From assembly GCF_000400465.1 (NCBI RefSeq), contig NW_008806283.1, positions 60,001 to 122,000 of the forward strand: 62,000 nucleotides of DNA, read 5' to 3'. The notes beneath the pieces were generated by a model. The model had not been told where the DNA came from. It did no database searches and saw only the letters and a program-made list of their open reading frames with translations. The first letter of the stretch is position 1; each line of letters begins with the position of its first letter. The translations under genes and the position numbers were made by a program. Source of the DNA: Wallemia ichthyophaga EXF-994 (Eukaryota; Fungi; Basidiomycota). Positions 59,744 through 62,000 of this stretch are shown one piece after another.

Positions 59744-60169
59744 ATGAGAATAACCAATTTGATAGGAATATTGATGGTTTGGATTGGAATGGTATTAGGA
59801 GATACGGAAGTGATGAATTTAAGGTTTAAAGAGGGTGGTAGAGTGGGTGGAGTGGTGTTAACTGAGGATATCCATTACCCGATAGAAGTACAAGCAGAGG
59901 GGAAGAAGTGTGAGACTTATCAATTAAAAGGGTTCACAGAGGGAGAATTATTGAGAGTGAGAATGAGTTGGATTGGAAGTGTTCCAGTTAATATCATTGG
60001 GAGAGTATTAAATGGTGGATTCGATATTTGTTACAATACTAATGAATCAACGACAATACACTTGACAGTAGAGAACGCAATTTACAACAAATTTAATTTT
60101 ACAATTATTTCAATCTTATCTGCATTCGTCATCGTATTCTCGACTCAAAATGGGCAATTCAACTTCTAA
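59744..60169 (+). CDS. Signal-peptide + C-terminal TM protein, Pga1 (GPI mannosyltransferase II cofactor)-like
   Basis: Signal peptide then DTEVMN..YQLKG..RVRMSWIGSVP and C-terminal hydrophobic FTIISILSAFVIVFS. Family assignment is tentative. Confidence 0.55.
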   Translation: MRITNLIGILMVWIGMVLGDTEVMNLRFKEGGRVGGVVLTEDIHYPIEVQAEGKKCETYQLKGFTEGELLRVRMSWIGSVPVNIIGRVLNGGFDICYNTNESTTIHLTVENAIYNKFNFTIISILSAFVIVFSTQNGQFNF

Positions 60170-60662
60170 AGCGGTGAGAAGACTCCCAAAAACTCAATCA
60201 AAACAAGTACCGAAGGCAACTGAATCTTTAGATAGATTGAAGAATCCTAGCACTTCACATGATGAGCCACACACAAAACCAAATGCAGCCATGAAAGATG
60301 GCCAAGATCCAGATTTTATGAATAATTTGTCAAAAATTGATCCAGTTAAGATTGAGAAAGCTCAAACAAATTTTAGACCTTCAGATAAGATGATCAACAT
60401 TTTGAGAGGCAGGAAGGTGGAGAGCGAGGTGGATAACGCAGCAATGGCGTATAATAGGCTATCTCCTCAGTCTTTGTTGGTTTACTTGGAGGAGCGTAAG
60501 AATGGCGGTGATGTTGGGCAGCTTAATAGATCATTCAACGTTAACGACAGTGACGCTGAAATCATTGAGAAATACACAGCAGCACCAACAACAGGCACTC
60601 CGTTTACAGTCAAAGTCGATGAAAATTCTGGTGAAATCCAAAGAGTCATCGTATCTTTGTAA
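60150..60662 (+). CDS. Conserved-looking hypothetical protein with N-myristoylation motif
   Basis: MGNSTSK (MGxxxS) then AVRRLPK; KDGQDPDFMNNLSKIDPV; intronless, 170 aa. Confidence 0.7.
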   Translation: MGNSTSKAVRRLPKTQSKQVPKATESLDRLKNPSTSHDEPHTKPNAAMKDGQDPDFMNNLSKIDPVKIEKAQTNFRPSDKMINILRGRKVESEVDNAAMAYNRLSPQSLLVYLEERKNGGDVGQLNRSFNVNDSDAEIIEKYTAAPTTGTPFTVKVDENSGEIQRVIVSL

Positions 60663-60857
60663 TCTCTTTGCCCAGATTTAATTAGTTACGCACGCACAGA
60701 TACACGTTCAGCCAAACAGAGACAGCTACAGCCTTGTATAATTATATTTGAATTTTATTTTATTTGAGTATTCCGCGCAGTCTCGATCAAATCGATCGAA
60801 GCGCTTTTAATAGAATCCCGCTTCAGCCACCATTCCTCTTAATCCACAACTTCCATT

Positions 60858-62000
60858 ATGGTCCTCCTTAAAACAGCAACAACGCTGCTCGCTGCAACAG
60901 CCGCTTACGCTTGGAACCACACGGCATCTGATGTTATCGCCACAGGAAGTTAGTCCCGCTTCTGTACCACTTGTGACACATCCTTACATGTCAAACAGCA
61001 ATGGGTACCACCAACCCTCCAGAGGCAACGATGGGCACAGAACTTAACCAAACCTCGGTAGCCCGTCTTGTCTCCATTAACTCCATCGACGATTTCTGTT
61101 TCTTCGGTCCAAAAGAGGCAAATGTAACCATCGGTGACACTGAAGGTGAACAAGTCGCCTGGTGTACTAAGCCACGTAACAACGCACGTGTTATCCCAGA
61201 TGGCACTATTACCTCTACGCACTTTGTTAAGACCCCCGCTTACGTCCAAGTTTCTGGGTGAGTTGTGGTGTCTCGGTAAGTAATTTTGCTAAAACAACTT
61301 AGTTTCGGTGATTTGACAAAGATCGGTGTTAAAGACGGTGACTACGGTGGTGAGCTTGACCCACACGGTGCTACTGGCGATGGTAACCCAGTTGGTGGTA
61401 ACGTTACTTCGGACATTGTCAACGGTACCTCTACTTCTTACGCTGAGTGGATGGAATTCATCTCATACGAGCAATTCTGTATCAGAATTTGTACAGCAAG
61501 CAACGACACTTGGGGTGCTCCAGTCATGTGCGAGCACAAATTAGATGAAATGGGTTGCGGTTTCGTTATGCCAGATGCAGGTGACAGTGATGTCTTTGAG
61601 ACCTGTGATGCTGACGTTGCTTACCCACCTGGTGTTTACCCTATAGATGGCTCTTACTCCACTTTCGCTCAAAGATACACTGGTAGCTACTCCTCAGGTA
61701 CCACTGGTGCCATGGTCGGATACACTGTCGGTGTTACTGACACTCCAACCGCCGCACAAATGACCCCATCCTCATCCAACTGTGTCACTCAATCATCCCT
61801 TGCTGGCAACAACGTCGATGTCTCAGCTACTGGCGTCATTGAAGATAACAGAGACGACGATTCGGACTCAAACAGTGACCCTGACAGCAATAAATCCGAC
61901 AAAAGCAACCCTGACGGCAACGATGGTGGCTCCACCGGCAGCGGCCAAACCAGCGCCAACGCTGGCGACGGCGATTCTAGCGCTACCACCTTCACTGGTT
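60858..62000 (+). CDS. Secreted mannoprotein, Cryptococcus MP88/macrophage-activating glycoprotein-like (truncated at window end)
   Basis: Signal peptide; ARLVSINSIDDFCFFGP..EQVAWCTKPRNNARVIPDGTI..GGELDPHGATGDGNPVGG..CIRIC; S/T/D-rich tail; two introns seen. Confidence 0.82.

Overview
Eukaryotic, very gene-dense fungal DNA with many short (mostly 40-55 nt) GT-AG introns. The compactness and gene content point to a basidiomycete, most plausibly Wallemia-like (inference, not verified). From about 5.0 to 57.9 kb and 59.7 to 62 kb lies a packed run of housekeeping genes: Spc105/KNL1, LisH factor, subtilisin, WW microprotein, arrestin-like, CDC42, CBP4, UPF0303-like, PLD1, PAQR, SLA2, golgin, 14-3-3, WBP2-like, MIC12, ADE2, SRP14, vWA protein, RDS2/AcuM, MARVEL, RRP5, F-box, USP, Myb, SEC27, MFS, aminopeptidase P, Nudix, SDR, Pga1-like and MP88-like. 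Two AT-richer accessory stretches flank this core. The first (1-4.9 kb) holds two tandem, damaged paralogs of a secreted Lys-Arg-delimited repeat peptide precursor, two paralogous small secreted proteins and a decayed gene. The second (58-59.4 kb) holds another decayed copy of that gene next to an intron-containing tRNA-Gln(TTG). The best leads are the Kex2-repeat secreted peptide cluster, a UPF0303/heme-degrading-fold protein split by an inserted winged-helix-like domain, and a PY-motif arrestin whose stop lies 13 nt before a WW-domain microprotein. Gene models were assembled by eye from splice signals, so boundaries and family names need database confirmation.
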